A DNA stretch of 64,000 bases, from IMG/VR virus record IMGVR_UViG_3300032283_000645, positions 7,009-71,008 of that record; one strand, 5' to 3'. A program made the position numbers and the translations under genes. Under the pieces are notes generated by a model. That model did not search any database. It saw only the letters and a program-made list of their open reading frames with translations, and had not been told where the DNA came from. Position 1 is the first letter of the stretch. Every line of letters starts with the position of its first letter. The DNA comes from a virus (Duplodnaviria > Caudoviricetes). Below are positions 17,901 to 27,319 of this stretch, in pieces.

Positions 17901-20900
17901 GCGTCCATGTTCTTTACAAACAGTCTTTCAAAATCTGTTTCTGAAAGACCCAAGTCAACAAGCATGTCATCAATTTCTTTTTCGCTCATTGTTGGGTTCA
18001 TTTCCTCTGCTCTGGCTCTTGCCCAGAAAGAGTAGTCATCGCTGGCCTTCTTGAGGGCTCGTTCAAGGGTAATCAAATTTGCCTTTGCCTCTTCGTCGTA
18101 AAGTCTTCCTATTTCTTTGTCAATTTCTCCCACTGTTGCACCATCACGGTCCATTTGGTTAAAATATGCGCGATTGTTATCAATCATGTCTTCGGCAACT
18201 CTTCTTTTTTGACCTGTTGTCATCTTGGACCACGGTACGGTATTGATTGATGGCTTATATTCAGCCGAATCAGCCCAAACCCCACCCCCAGCTGGTGGAA
18301 GAACTCTGTCAAGAGCATTAAAGATTCCAAAGTTGTCATCGAGTTCTTTGTCAAGAAGGGCCATGTCGGCGATTTCTGGATTAAATGCAGATGTTTGACG
18401 TGAAGCGAATCCGTCCATTGGTTCTTCGTCCATATAGTCATATTCTTCGGGCATGTCGGCAGCAAGTTGGTCAATTGACCGCCTCATTCTGCTTATATAA
18501 TCTTCTGCTTCAGAGATATCGGTTGAATCGCTTTCAAGAGGATTGTCAATTAGCGACTCAGCAGTCAAGAATGCTAATCCATCCAGACTGTATGCACCAA
18601 GTTCCCTATCGCTTATGCCGAGAGAATTGACTTCGTCTCGTAGACGAGAGAATACATCCATGAGCGAATTAGAACGTTCCTCACGGAGTTCTTGTGCCCT
18701 TTGAGCCCAAAACTCGTACGCATCTTCAAGACTTGGTGCTTCTTCATCAAATTCATTAAGGTATGCCTCCATGACCATTTCGTCATTCTTGGCTTTGTCT
18801 TCAGGACTGTAACCAAATTCTCTTAAATCGTCGTACTCTTCATTAAGCACACCACCTGAAGCGAATCCGTCATCATCCAATAAGTCTGCTGGTTCGCCAT
18901 CTGGCCCAACCGGGAAACCATTTTCGTCGTAGGTTTGTACTATCCTCTTGCGTTTTGGAGATGATGGCTTGGCAAATATTCTTGGTCCGTAGAACTCAAT
19001 CAATTCATCAATCCGTTGCTTTCGCTCTTCGGGGTCGGTGATTTCAGCAAGGGCTTCTCTGTCGTCAGAGTGCATTCTTGAAGGAACAATCCTTTGACCA
19101 GTACTGCTCTCGTTAATTGATGCACGTGAAGCAAATCCATCGTCTGCATCGCCACCCCTGCCAAACGTGCTCTCGTATGTCGCTGCTCGTCTATCATTGT
19201 CATTTTCTAAACGCAACTCATTCACGTAGTTCTCAGCAAACTCACGCACCAGCGAGCCAGCCTCATAAGAGGTGTCCGCATCTGCCGTGTCCACTACCAC
19301 TTCTTCTGGTGGCTCATCTCTGTTGAACCCTCTAACGGTTTGAATTCTCTCCACACCGTATGTTCGCTTTTCTGGGTTGTAGGAAATCCGAATGTAGTCG
19401 CCCTCATTAGTGCTTGGGTAAACGAGAGTGCCAGCATCGCTTTCTGGGTTTGCCAAGTTGGCAGCAACATCTGGGTCAATTGGCTTATTCCGTTTTCCGT
19501 TTCTAGAGCCAGGATTTTTCAAGTCTCTTTGAATTTTGGATTGCAGGTCTTGAAGTTCTTGACCCATTGAGGCAAATCCATCACGACCATTTCGTCGTGC
19601 ATTCATCTTCTGAATATCACTAGTTGTGTATGCGCGCTTGTTGTAGTTCGTTGCTCGACCATTTTCGTCAAGGTAGAAACCATTTGCGTTTGTACGATTG
19701 GTGATTTTTGGATTTGACCTCTCGCCCATATCACCCGCATCACCCATTGAATAAAATGCTGATTCAGGGATTGCTGATTCCGTTGTGAATTCAAAGTCAT
19801 CACGGACTCTGCGGAGTGTTGCTCCACGGCTATCCGATGCTTCAATGTCGTCAACTACTGACTGAGGAACATTCTTATAAACATAGAATTCACCAGTTCC
19901 TTTGCCATCGCGTCCACGATACTCAACACGAAGTTCACGCTTGCTTGGGTCATACTGAACACGGTTGAGCGCAGCACTTGAGCCAACATCAACATTTCTG
20001 TAACCCATGCCAAGTTCTTCTGCTTGCATTTCCATCATTGCAATTTGACGGTCGTCATATGCTCGTTGTTTTGCATCAGCAGTAATATCTTCTGCGGAAG
20101 TTCCGCTTCCTGCATTGATTGCAGAATCAACTGCTCGTGCAAAGTAACTACGTTGCTCTTCTGGTCCAATCTTGTCCCAGTGTGAATCAACCTGCGCCTC
20201 GTATCCACCAGCACCAACTTCATCAGATGCACCTGGAGTACGTTCCATTCTGTCGTCTGCACCAGCACGTCGAACCGACTTGGATGCTTTGAGTTTATTG
20301 ATTACCTTGCCCTTGGATGAGGAGGATGCAAGTTCGTTGGCTTCATCTGGCGTTACACCTTCATAGATGTAACTTCCACCAGGGGCTCCATCTTTGCCCT
20401 TGAATGTAACGACAAGTTCTTCTGTATTTGGGTCATAATACGACTCTGATAGAGCGGCACTTCTACGGACATCAATGTCTTGAATTTCAGAACGCCCACT
20501 TGGTGAGGTTGTTTTACGAGTGCGTGTTGCATAGTCTTTTCCAGCCCATGCCTTAGCCGCCTCAAGTGTTTCGTATTGTCCCATTCTGTCTACTTCGCTG
20601 CCTGAGCGTTTAGAATAGGCAGAAGCACGGTAACCACCTGCTCCATCAGGGCTGATTGTGTAGTAGTAGTCATCACCTTCAGCCAAAATGGCTCCAGTTC
20701 TTGAACCTCTTGTGGTTGACCAAGAACCAAGTTTTGCTGGGGTAGAAGCAACTTCTCCACGGCCATTGATTGCATCAACTGTTCTTGGGTTCGTTACTTC
20801 AACGTCGTAGTTTTTCTTTACGTCATTGATTACACGACCAATTGAGTTTGAACCACTGACCTCATTGTCAAAGTAGTCTGCAGGAACTCCAGAGTAGGTG

Positions 20901-23900
20901 TAGTAACGAGCATCGCCACCAGTCTGTCCAGGCTTAAATGCAACATGGAGTTCACCGGTATTGCGGTCATAGTGAACTGCTTCAATTGCACTTGAGTTTG
21001 GAGTTTCAAAAGTGTCAAAGCGTGAACCGCCACGTGATGCAAATCCACTGTTATATCTCCCTAAATTATCACTATCTAGGAATGGATAGTCATCATATTC
21101 TGCTTCTGCTGTTCGGTATCTATCGTCGGTGGTATCAAAAATTTCCTGCGTGACATCGTAAAGCATGTCTTCGGCTTTTCCGTAACGACCATCACGTAGC
21201 ATTTTTTCAATTTCACTCTGTTTTTCCTCACTCCAATCAACAGATAGATTATTTTCATCTACCAGATAATTGATGTCTCTCATGAGGCTGATGTATTCAT
21301 AATGTGCATCTTCAAATGACAGTTCGTCCAAGTCTTCAGCTGATGGGCGAGTAATACCTCTCCGTGTCTCAACCAAATCATTTGCTTCACCACTCAATGT
21401 TGCTGCTAAGCCCATTTCATCATTAAGACGTTCTTTTTCAGAAACCATCTCGTCCATCATGTCTTCAATTTCACCAAGACTAAAAGACATCTCTTGCTGT
21501 GCGTCAAAGAGTCTTTCCCATTCAGGACTGTCTTCATCAAGACCATCAAGCATGTTTTCTGCTTCATCAATTGCAGTGGTTAGTTCAGCTTTTGCTTCTC
21601 CGAGTGTTGAGACTCTTTCGTATGGTTCCATGTCCTCAAGGGTTCTTGCACCATATTTATCTTTTAGACTTTCAAAGTCTTGAACCGTTCTTGTTGCGTT
21701 ACCTCCACGGGAGGCAAGACCGAAGTCTTCCTCACCAAGCGTGTTGGCATCGTCTAGGTTCTTTTCTCTCTTAAGAACATCTTTTCTTAGAGATTCCCTA
21801 ATACTGTCAAGGGTTTCTCTTGCTTGTTCGTAATCAGAGTAATTAGCACTCAACGGGTTTTTGATTATTTCTTCTGCATAAGCAAATGCTGGGCCATGGT
21901 AAGGCTTTGTTCTGCGCTCAGCGTCTGTAAAATTTGCTTTAGCTATGTCTTCCAACTCGTTGAGTTCACCGAGCATCTCATCGGTATACTTCTCGCGCGT
22001 TTCTAAGCCTCTTCCATTCCATTCGTCTGCGGCAAGTGACAGTTTGTCTGCAGCGTCATAATCTCCATCAGAGAAATAGTCATCTGCTTCCAATTCAGCA
22101 ATAAAGTCTTGTTGGGATTGACGGTCAATTTCATCCCATCTTGACATCGTGCTGATGTCGTTGTCATCAATTTGTACAGGTTTTCCAAAGCCGTAAATGT
22201 CCAATTCGCCATCCTGCGAAGAACCACGTGAACCAAATCCCATATCTCCAGCATCGCCAAAATCGGCGAAGTCTGGGTGGAATTCTGGGTTCTGCTGGAG
22301 GAAGTCGTCGTAGTCAAAGCCGCCTTCTTCTAGCTCATTCTTAATTCTTGCCCAGTCTCCACGACCGTTGAGATAGTTCTCAATTGACTCATACAAATCA
22401 GATTTTTCTTTACTAGTCAAATCAGAGTATGGGCGCATTTCCAGCATCTCATCACCACGTGAACCAAATCCGCGCTGACGCTCGTTGTAATCATCAGCTG
22501 CTGCTTCGATATAGTTGTCGTAAGCAAGAGCCATTGCATACAGCGAATCGCCGTCTGCTTCTTTTAGGTATTCGTCATGGATTGCATCATTTTCAATCCA
22601 GTAGTCGGCAACTCTTTCTGCTTCATCCCTATCTGCACCGCTCCCCTTGAGCGCTTCAATTGCTTCTTTTCTGAAATCTTTTGCAAATCCGTATTTCTCT
22701 GGATTTGCCATGAGGTCTTCAATCATCGCCTCAGAGGAATGGTCGCGTGCGCCTGGGCGTGGGCTACCAGGGTTGTCTAGGTAGTACTGTGCATCAAGTT
22801 CTCCAAGCAAATCATCATTGGAATTAAGAAATTCTTGGACATCTTCTGGCAACCATTTGCCGAGGTCGTTATTCTTTCCAGGAACATCAAGTCTGTCGCC
22901 TCGTGAGGCGAATCCATTACCCCGAAGATTTGCATAGCCATTAACGTTTTTCAGGACTTCGTTGATTGCGAAGCGTTCGTTTGGCTTTATGGTTGGTCTC
23001 ATCTTATAGAGGTTGGCGAGTTTTCTGATGGCGGCTTCCTCTTGTGGGCTTACCTTCCCATCACCTTTTCTCACCTTGTCTAGTCCACTCATTGCCATTC
23101 TGTACTCACTCGGTGAGAACTCGTCAGAAAGGAAGTCTCTGTTCCCTCTTTGCAGAATTCGTTCGCCATCATTTGGCATACGTGAAGCAAAGCCATCTAC
23201 TTCGTCATCTCCACTCTGCGTCTTGCGCACTAATATGCGTTCAACTGCATTAGCGCGAGTCTCAAGACTAGAGACACCCTCTGCTTCGTAGTCGCGCCCC
23301 ATAACGCCGCCGTCGCGTTGGAGAAGAACGAATCTTGCCTCGCTGTATTTTTCGCGTGCTTTTTCAAGTTCCTTCTCAAGTTCAGGAAGCGACATTTCCA
23401 TCAATGAGCGGTAGTCGGATTCAATCCTTTCAAAGTCCTGAGTTTCAGGACCACTCCTAGTCGGTCGTGGTAATAGGTCAGCAATAAATTCATCATCGGA
23501 TAGGTCTAATCTTGCCTGTCTTGCGACCTTCTCTGCTAGTTTTTGTTTTCTTTTTTCGTTAAGAAGCAGTTTCTCAAGTTGAAGCCGTGTTTCAACACCC
23601 TCAAATTTTTCTTCGCGTCCAAAGAAGTTGGCCTTGTCATCATTCGTGACATCTCTGCTGGTCTTGATTTTTTCAAGGGCATTGATGGACTCACTTAGAT
23701 TCCTAGAGGCACCCAGTTCATCAAGTTCTTCCTTACTTACATCTTGGAGAATGTAAGTCTGAAGTTCTACGCGTGTGTATGGAATTGCCCCACTTTCATC
23801 TGGCTCGCCCTTCTTCCAATATCCACCGGTGGAAACAAATAACTCCTTGCTTACATCGTCGTAAATAAGGTCATTAACAATTTCATCGCTTAAATCAATT

Positions 23901-26900
23901 TCCTCAACGGCTCCATCATCTACGACACCTCTAACCCGACCCGGCTTGATTCTGCTCAAAGAGGCAAAGCCATCATCTGCGTTTTCTGCGTCTACCATTG
24001 CATCCGTTAGGTCGTCTAATTTGTTCTCATGTTTACGCAACTTTTTGACAAAGTCATTTGCTTCACTGCGACTTATTCGGTAATTTCTCATCACAGATTT
24101 CTTGACGTCCTCGTCGGACATTTGGGTGTAATCCATGAAATACTCGCCATACTCACGGTCAAGGAAGTTTTTGAAATCCTCTAGTTCCTCTAGAGGAGTT
24201 GGCTTATCGGTTAGTGAGGAACCACGCGAGCCAAAGCCGTCACGACTCCTCATGTAGTCGTCGTAGTCTGGTTCATATCTGGAATTTGCTTGCTCAACCA
24301 TTCTGTCGTATTGGTCGTCTAACAGTTCACGATAGAAACGTGTAGTTATTTCATCAGCAGCTATATCTCTAACAGCATCGTCGTCAGACTGATACCTATC
24401 AAACAAATCTTGAAGTTCTGCATCACTCAGTGGCTCTCTGTCACGGTTATAAAATTCTGGCTTATCGTTGAATTTTTCCAATTTGTCAAATTCAATTTCA
24501 CCATTGCCGACATAGTCATTTAGATAATCTTCAATAAATTCGTCTGAGATTTCGTCGTCATCTGGGTCAAGGCTTCTATTGGAACCCCAAAGTCCACTGC
24601 CCTCACCACGCGATGCAAAGCCTTCATCTCTTGATGCGAGACCGCTTCTACTTTGTGGCTTCTTTTGCTCTCTCTGCAGTGCACTGATTAATGCATCTGG
24701 TTTGTCATCAGTTCCGGCTTTACGGACACGGTCATAGGGAACATCATTGAATGTTTCTTTTTTGCCATCTCTGTAATAAACAGTGAGGTCACCATTCTGT
24801 GGGTCGTAATCAATTTGTCTTGCAAGTTTGGAATTCTTAGGGTCCATCTGCATAGCTACAGCGGTGCGTGGTGGTCTCTGTCCTTCTGAAGTGGTTTCTC
24901 CACGTGAAGCAAGACCACGAGCACTATCACGACCTTGTTCAAGAATTAAGTCTTGTTCATCTGCCGACAAACTTTCAAATCTTGAATTCTCTGTTTCAAG
25001 GTCTGCTGGGTTTACTAGGTCTGCAAACTCTTTGTCAAGTTGACCATAGAAGCCTTCTTCGTATGATGCAAAAATATCTTCAGCATCTGCTTGGAGACCT
25101 GAGTCAGTTGACCAGTCACCCTCTGGCAACAAGTCGCCAATTCTTTCAGCAGGTGAATCTCCCGCCCACTCTCCACTCAATGGACCACCAGTTCCGTCTT
25201 GAAGCAAGAACGAAACGATGCCTTCTTCACGGATGGTGTCTTTGTCTTCATCGCTGAGATTCTTCAAGTTGTCTGCAAGAATTTGAGCTCGTCCAGATGC
25301 AATGTCTGAACCACGCTTGCGTGAAGCATCAATTCTGTTCTGTTGCTCTGGTGTTACATCACTACGACTGCCAAAACCTCTTGTGGAACGGCTCTTTGAC
25401 CATTCTTTCATTGCATCAAGCACCGCCGACATTGGAACTTCTTGCATAACCTCATCTGGTTTTGATGCATTGAAAGTCTCACGACCCGTTGATTCTGTCC
25501 TCTTTGGTGGAACGAATTCTTTTCCAAACTGTTGCTTATAAGCATCACGACGAGAGAACTCATGTGAAATCTTAAAGAGTTCTGCATCTGTCTTTTCTCT
25601 TTCAGAACCAGTTTGTCCACGACGAGCAGCAACGAGTTTTTGTCCTTCTACACGGAGACCTTCCTCGGACATGTCCCAATACTTTGCAATGCCTTCGTTT
25701 TCTGGTCGACGATTAGCAAGGAATGAAATGTCGTCCATCGTGCGTGGTTGCAGGTCTCCAGCAGCCAATGCTTCTTGACGCTCTTGGCCAGACAAAAGAC
25801 TTGGGTCTTTATCTGGCTTCTTGCCAGTTCTAATTGTTGGCTTGTCAAGAATTTCATTTGAGTTGCGATTCCTTCCAGCAACATCTGGAAGATTCATGTC
25901 TGGCTTCTTGATTGGAATGTACGGTCTCTGGAATGTTGTACCGTCTTGTGCAAATCCGTCGTTGTCACCGTCAATTGCAAATGGGTTGAACGACTGTGCA
26001 AGGGTGCGGAGATTTCCTACCGATTGACCAATCGTTTGACCAATTGCCTTCACGGCATTCTGGAGTGCATCAATAGCTTGTGCCGAGATACTTCCATTAA
26101 CAATAATTCCATTATCAGAATCAGTTGTTGAAAGATTGTGATAATTAAATACTGGCTGAAGCATGCTCTTGGCTTGAACCATGTGACTTTGTGGAATTTC
26201 AATGAGGTGTGCATATGCGGACTTACCGACACCAACCTGACCGCCAAGCATGGTATTCATTTCATCTTGGTCATCGTCTCGGTATGGCATTTGTTGTGGC
26301 TGTGCAGGCATCATTGATGCATCGGCTGGCTTCACTTCAATCTGTTGTTGAACTGTTGGCTTGTCTTCACTTCCAGCATATGCTTCTGGCTTTCCAAACA
26401 TAAATGTGTTGTAACCATCTGGTGTGTGGTAGCCAACTCTGTACATTGAAACTTTTCCGTCAGTAGTTGTTCTGCGGAAAACAATGAAACTATCTGTTGC
26501 TTCAACAATGTCCACTTTTGAACCAGTTCTTTCACTGAGTTCTGTTTGAATCTTTTGAACTTTGTCCATTTCAAGTGGTTGTGCAAGACCTTCAGCAAAA
26601 ATATTAAATGGTTCGTCTTGCCCTTGTTCTTGCTGTGGTGCTGCAACAACAATCATTCGAGGCTGTTGTGACTGTCCGCCCATCATTGGCATGCCAGCAA
26701 TAATTGGCATCATGTGATTCTTTGATTCGCTCTTTACAGAGATGGTTCCAGTCAATTGGTTGGCACCATGAAGCACCGGTGAGACTTCGTAGAGTTCTAC
26801 TTCTCTAAGGACATTTGCTTGTTGTGCTGTGTCAAACGCACCATTGATGGTTTTGTAACCAATGGACCATTCCTGCTCTTCTCCAAAGAATGCAACGCTC

Positions 26901-27238
26901 GCAAATGCTTCTTTGCCTTTTTCTGACTGGAGGTTAAATTGAACCTTTGCATACAAACCACCGATTCCAGCATTTCTCATCTTTGCTGGAAGACGTGGGT
27001 CTCCTGCTGGAACTTCGTACATCTCAAGGACTTTTCCGATTGGGTCATTCCAGCTGTGAGCCCATACAACTCTTGGTTTACGACGGGTGAGGCTCTTGGC
27101 AAATGCTCCAGTTACAACGATGTCGCCTACTGAGTCTTTATTGCCAATTCCTGCAACGAAACATTCAACAATTCCCTGCAGTTCGTCAAGAGCGATTGCT
27201 CCGGTAGCTGCTGATTTGAATTCAAATTTTTCGTTCAT
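14948..27238 (-). CDS. 4096-aa giant: HK97-family prohead protease fused to a linker-punctuated array of modules (5 KTSC, ArdC, acidic modules, HTH-like units)
   Basis: Protease motifs KDSVGDIV, VWAHSWNDPIG, EWSIGY, LYEVSPVLHGAN. Start moved from the track's 27277 to ATG 27238 because it has a GGTGGA RBS and a -10 TATGAT lies at 27266-27271. Confidence 0.9.
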   Translation of the reverse strand: MNEKFEFKSAATGAIALDELQGIVECFVAGIGNKDSVGDIVVTGAFAKSLTRRKPRVVWAHSWNDPIGKVLEMYEVPAGDPRLPAKMRNAGIGGLYAKVQFNLQSEKGKEAFASVAFFGEEQEWSIGYKTINGAFDTAQQANVLREVELYEVSPVLHGANQLTGTISVKSESKNHMMPIIAGMPMMGGQSQQPRMIVVAAPQQEQGQDEPFNIFAEGLAQPLEMDKVQKIQTELSERTGSKVDIVEATDSFIVFRRTTTDGKVSMYRVGYHTPDGYNTFMFGKPEAYAGSEDKPTVQQQIEVKPADASMMPAQPQQMPYRDDDQDEMNTMLGGQVGVGKSAYAHLIEIPQSHMVQAKSMLQPVFNYHNLSTTDSDNGIIVNGSISAQAIDALQNAVKAIGQTIGQSVGNLRTLAQSFNPFAIDGDNDGFAQDGTTFQRPYIPIKKPDMNLPDVAGRNRNSNEILDKPTIRTGKKPDKDPSLLSGQERQEALAAGDLQPRTMDDISFLANRRPENEGIAKYWDMSEEGLRVEGQKLVAARRGQTGSEREKTDAELFKISHEFSRRDAYKQQFGKEFVPPKRTESTGRETFNASKPDEVMQEVPMSAVLDAMKEWSKSRSTRGFGSRSDVTPEQQNRIDASRKRGSDIASGRAQILADNLKNLSDEDKDTIREEGIVSFLLQDGTGGPLSGEWAGDSPAERIGDLLPEGDWSTDSGLQADAEDIFASYEEGFYGQLDKEFADLVNPADLETENSRFESLSADEQDLILEQGRDSARGLASRGETTSEGQRPPRTAVAMQMDPKNSKLARQIDYDPQNGDLTVYYRDGKKETFNDVPYDRVRKAGTDDKPDALISALQREQKKPQSRSGLASRDEGFASRGEGSGLWGSNRSLDPDDDEISDEFIEDYLNDYVGNGEIEFDKLEKFNDKPEFYNRDREPLSDAELQDLFDRYQSDDDAVRDIAADEITTRFYRELLDDQYDRMVEQANSRYEPDYDDYMRSRDGFGSRGSSLTDKPTPLEELEDFKNFLDREYGEYFMDYTQMSDEDVKKSVMRNYRISRSEANDFVKKLRKHENKLDDLTDAMVDAENADDGFASLSRIKPGRVRGVVDDGAVEEIDLSDEIVNDLIYDDVSKELFVSTGGYWKKGEPDESGAIPYTRVELQTYILQDVSKEELDELGASRNLSESINALEKIKTSRDVTNDDKANFFGREEKFEGVETRLQLEKLLLNEKRKQKLAEKVARQARLDLSDDEFIADLLPRPTRSGPETQDFERIESDYRSLMEMSLPELEKELEKAREKYSEARFVLLQRDGGVMGRDYEAEGVSSLETRANAVERILVRKTQSGDDEVDGFASRMPNDGERILQRGNRDFLSDEFSPSEYRMAMSGLDKVRKGDGKVSPQEEAAIRKLANLYKMRPTIKPNERFAINEVLKNVNGYANLRGNGFASRGDRLDVPGKNNDLGKWLPEDVQEFLNSNDDLLGELDAQYYLDNPGSPRPGARDHSSEAMIEDLMANPEKYGFAKDFRKEAIEALKGSGADRDEAERVADYWIENDAIHDEYLKEADGDSLYAMALAYDNYIEAAADDYNERQRGFGSRGDEMLEMRPYSDLTSKEKSDLYESIENYLNGRGDWARIKNELEEGGFDYDDFLQQNPEFHPDFADFGDAGDMGFGSRGSSQDGELDIYGFGKPVQIDDNDISTMSRWDEIDRQSQQDFIAELEADDYFSDGDYDAADKLSLAADEWNGRGLETREKYTDEMLGELNELEDIAKANFTDAERRTKPYHGPAFAYAEEIIKNPLSANYSDYEQARETLDSIRESLRKDVLKREKNLDDANTLGEEDFGLASRGGNATRTVQDFESLKDKYGARTLEDMEPYERVSTLGEAKAELTTAIDEAENMLDGLDEDSPEWERLFDAQQEMSFSLGEIEDMMDEMVSEKERLNDEMGLAATLSGEANDLVETRRGITRPSAEDLDELSFEDAHYEYISLMRDINYLVDENNLSVDWSEEKQSEIEKMLRDGRYGKAEDMLYDVTQEIFDTTDDRYRTAEAEYDDYPFLDSDNLGRYNSGFASRGGSRFDTFETPNSSAIEAVHYDRNTGELHVAFKPGQTGGDARYYTYSGVPADYFDNEVSGSNSIGRVINDVKKNYDVEVTNPRTVDAINGRGEVASTPAKLGSWSTTRGSRTGAILAEGDDYYYTISPDGAGGYRASAYSKRSGSEVDRMGQYETLEAAKAWAGKDYATRTRKTTSPSGRSEIQDIDVRRSAALSESYYDPNTEELVVTFKGKDGAPGGSYIYEGVTPDEANELASSSSKGKVINKLKASKSVRRAGADDRMERTPGASDEVGAGGYEAQVDSHWDKIGPEEQRSYFARAVDSAINAGSGTSAEDITADAKQRAYDDRQIAMMEMQAEELGMGYRNVDVGSSAALNRVQYDPSKRELRVEYRGRDGKGTGEFYVYKNVPQSVVDDIEASDSRGATLRRVRDDFEFTTESAIPESAFYSMGDAGDMGERSNPKITNRTNANGFYLDENGRATNYNKRAYTTSDIQKMNARRNGRDGFASMGQELQDLQSKIQRDLKNPGSRNGKRNKPIDPDVAANLANPESDAGTLVYPSTNEGDYIRISYNPEKRTYGVERIQTVRGFNRDEPPEEVVVDTADADTSYEAGSLVREFAENYVNELRLENDNDRRAATYESTFGRGGDADDGFASRASINESSTGQRIVPSRMHSDDREALAEITDPEERKQRIDELIEFYGPRIFAKPSSPKRKRIVQTYDENGFPVGPDGEPADLLDDDGFASGGVLNEEYDDLREFGYSPEDKAKNDEMVMEAYLNEFDEEAPSLEDAYEFWAQRAQELREERSNSLMDVFSRLRDEVNSLGISDRELGAYSLDGLAFLTAESLIDNPLESDSTDISEAEDYISRMRRSIDQLAADMPEEYDYMDEEPMDGFASRQTSAFNPEIADMALLDKELDDNFGIFNALDRVLPPAGGGVWADSAEYKPSINTVPWSKMTTGQKRRVAEDMIDNNRAYFNQMDRDGATVGEIDKEIGRLYDEEAKANLITLERALKKASDDYSFWARARAEEMNPTMSEKEIDDMLVDLGLSETDFERLFVKNMDAFEMAAAASDLENKRREIIENIIKGSTPKTGGDRPKVDPLSILGGYSDGDVFGLTPRGFASRGASGSKKKSKEEVYAEMTKQLIDALSESEKLGKWQLPWRRTGMPENGTTGHKYSGSNWFFLTAMADVKGYNSNKWATYDQWQGVGGQVRKGEKATSIFVPIFIKGKEKADGTEEKGRVSFISRSVFNLDQIDGMPEDFDKKEILPESERVADLEKTISEIPAVIKNGGDEAYFSPSEDFIQLPLFENFKDARAYYSTAAHELMHWTGGKDRLGRENMNRFGTPEYAYEELVAEIASAMFMSAHNIEPNIQENHGPYLASWIKKLKDDPTALERAMKDAQSAVNYILDISPNAKSKFSNGEKAEFENPDIAVPTEPVVAVEGFASRGDWPTPGGYEPSEFDMRTALSQIGRGNLMAISGTRANKRNNEMVLPVNRNQQVIVGYDGGSDTYFVRAEQIITNGKDKGKTRVLGQWDNVYADELGETAYQASLKPSMLSDDNKVVWAQAFDHPQTGSLLDENGQVYEGGFASGADSMDPDELDAMDWAYDAAQDYLMEQEYMMPEEPSQDDGFASRMNLSTPEKNEIISIARRMNTSFTRSVVEQYDRNGELSDRQWDALNRMTLRGNRGGFPSRGNDKRPRTPKARWSPEDRQRYADGDKLRSKKRPGKRRDGPSASEYGFSSQGGPIDMIPSDIFIGDDGAGRSWGFEPIIRRAARRFGGTENMSDDQLASELGVPVEVAKKMRKQGARTRDIYLLDNLRIQVGGGRDLWGANNDPLFYYDQSGNPILDAADIPDVEDLAPDAPGARARRTASRREYLDARPVLEEIGISETASQYSIMKNNNDVFSDKTWRRILAQGITRDEVNTLLKARKSKMTADSIYGDKQPVTRTVGRTDSLPLADVFGNQAFDSARGRRGFPQQVVDAIFEITGRKPSISTVKKLINDPRSSSATARRAPFSLSPIELNQLLEKLGISTEEFDKFRSE
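16845..17700 (-). other. ardC: ArdC-like module (ArdC N-terminal ssDNA-binding domain + polyvalent metallopeptidase) inside the giant ORF
   Basis: WQLPW, GHKYSGSNWFFL, WATYDQWQGVGGQVRKGEKA, SVFNLDQIDG, AYFSPSEDFIQLP, AHELMHWTG, YAYEELVAEI, HGPYLASWIKKL. Confidence 0.9.
19785..24845 (-). other. five KTSC-like domains inside the giant ORF
   Basis: Pattern S-x2-[IL]-x3-YD-x4-L-x-V-x-[FY]...Y-x-Y-x2-VP...S-x-G at ~24716-24845, ~23660-23900 (degenerate), ~20800-21010, ~20268-20475 and ~19785-19998. Confidence 0.8.
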
Positions 27239-27265
27239 TTTCCACCAATCAAATAGAGTGTTTAA

Positions 27266-27300
27266 ATCATAAGACACTTATTTGATAAGGCACTGCAACT
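27266..27300 (-). promoter_or_regulatory. 21-bp-spacer promoter motif upstream of giant protease gene (AG-TTGCAG-N21-TATGAT)
   Basis: Counted directly from the sequence. Confidence 0.6.
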
Positions 27301-27319
27301 AATCGCCAAAAATTATGTA

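Larger units (their letters stand above)
15854..25378 (-). repeat. 22 dispersed in-frame copies of peptide linker G[FL][AGPS]S[RLMGQ]
   Basis: Approximate low coordinates: 25364, 24902, 24631, 24608, 24224, 23958, 23181, 22901, 22457, 22226, 21707, 21032, 19565, 19124, 18854, 18398, 17717, 16742, 16311, 16181, 16004, 15854. The codons vary synonymously, so the repeat is conserved as protein. Confidence 0.9.

Noticed and set aside
15854-25378. CRISPR array or DNA-level repeat explaining the recurring cgtgaagcaaatcc-like strings
   Set aside because: Copies are ~15 nt, irregularly spaced (~20 to ~1500 nt), always in frame and vary at third codon positions; they are peptide repeats.
27239-27277. 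Track start GTG 27277 for the giant ORF (4109 aa)
   Set aside because: It overlaps a -10 box; ATG 27238 has an RBS and begins with the EFK-S motif.
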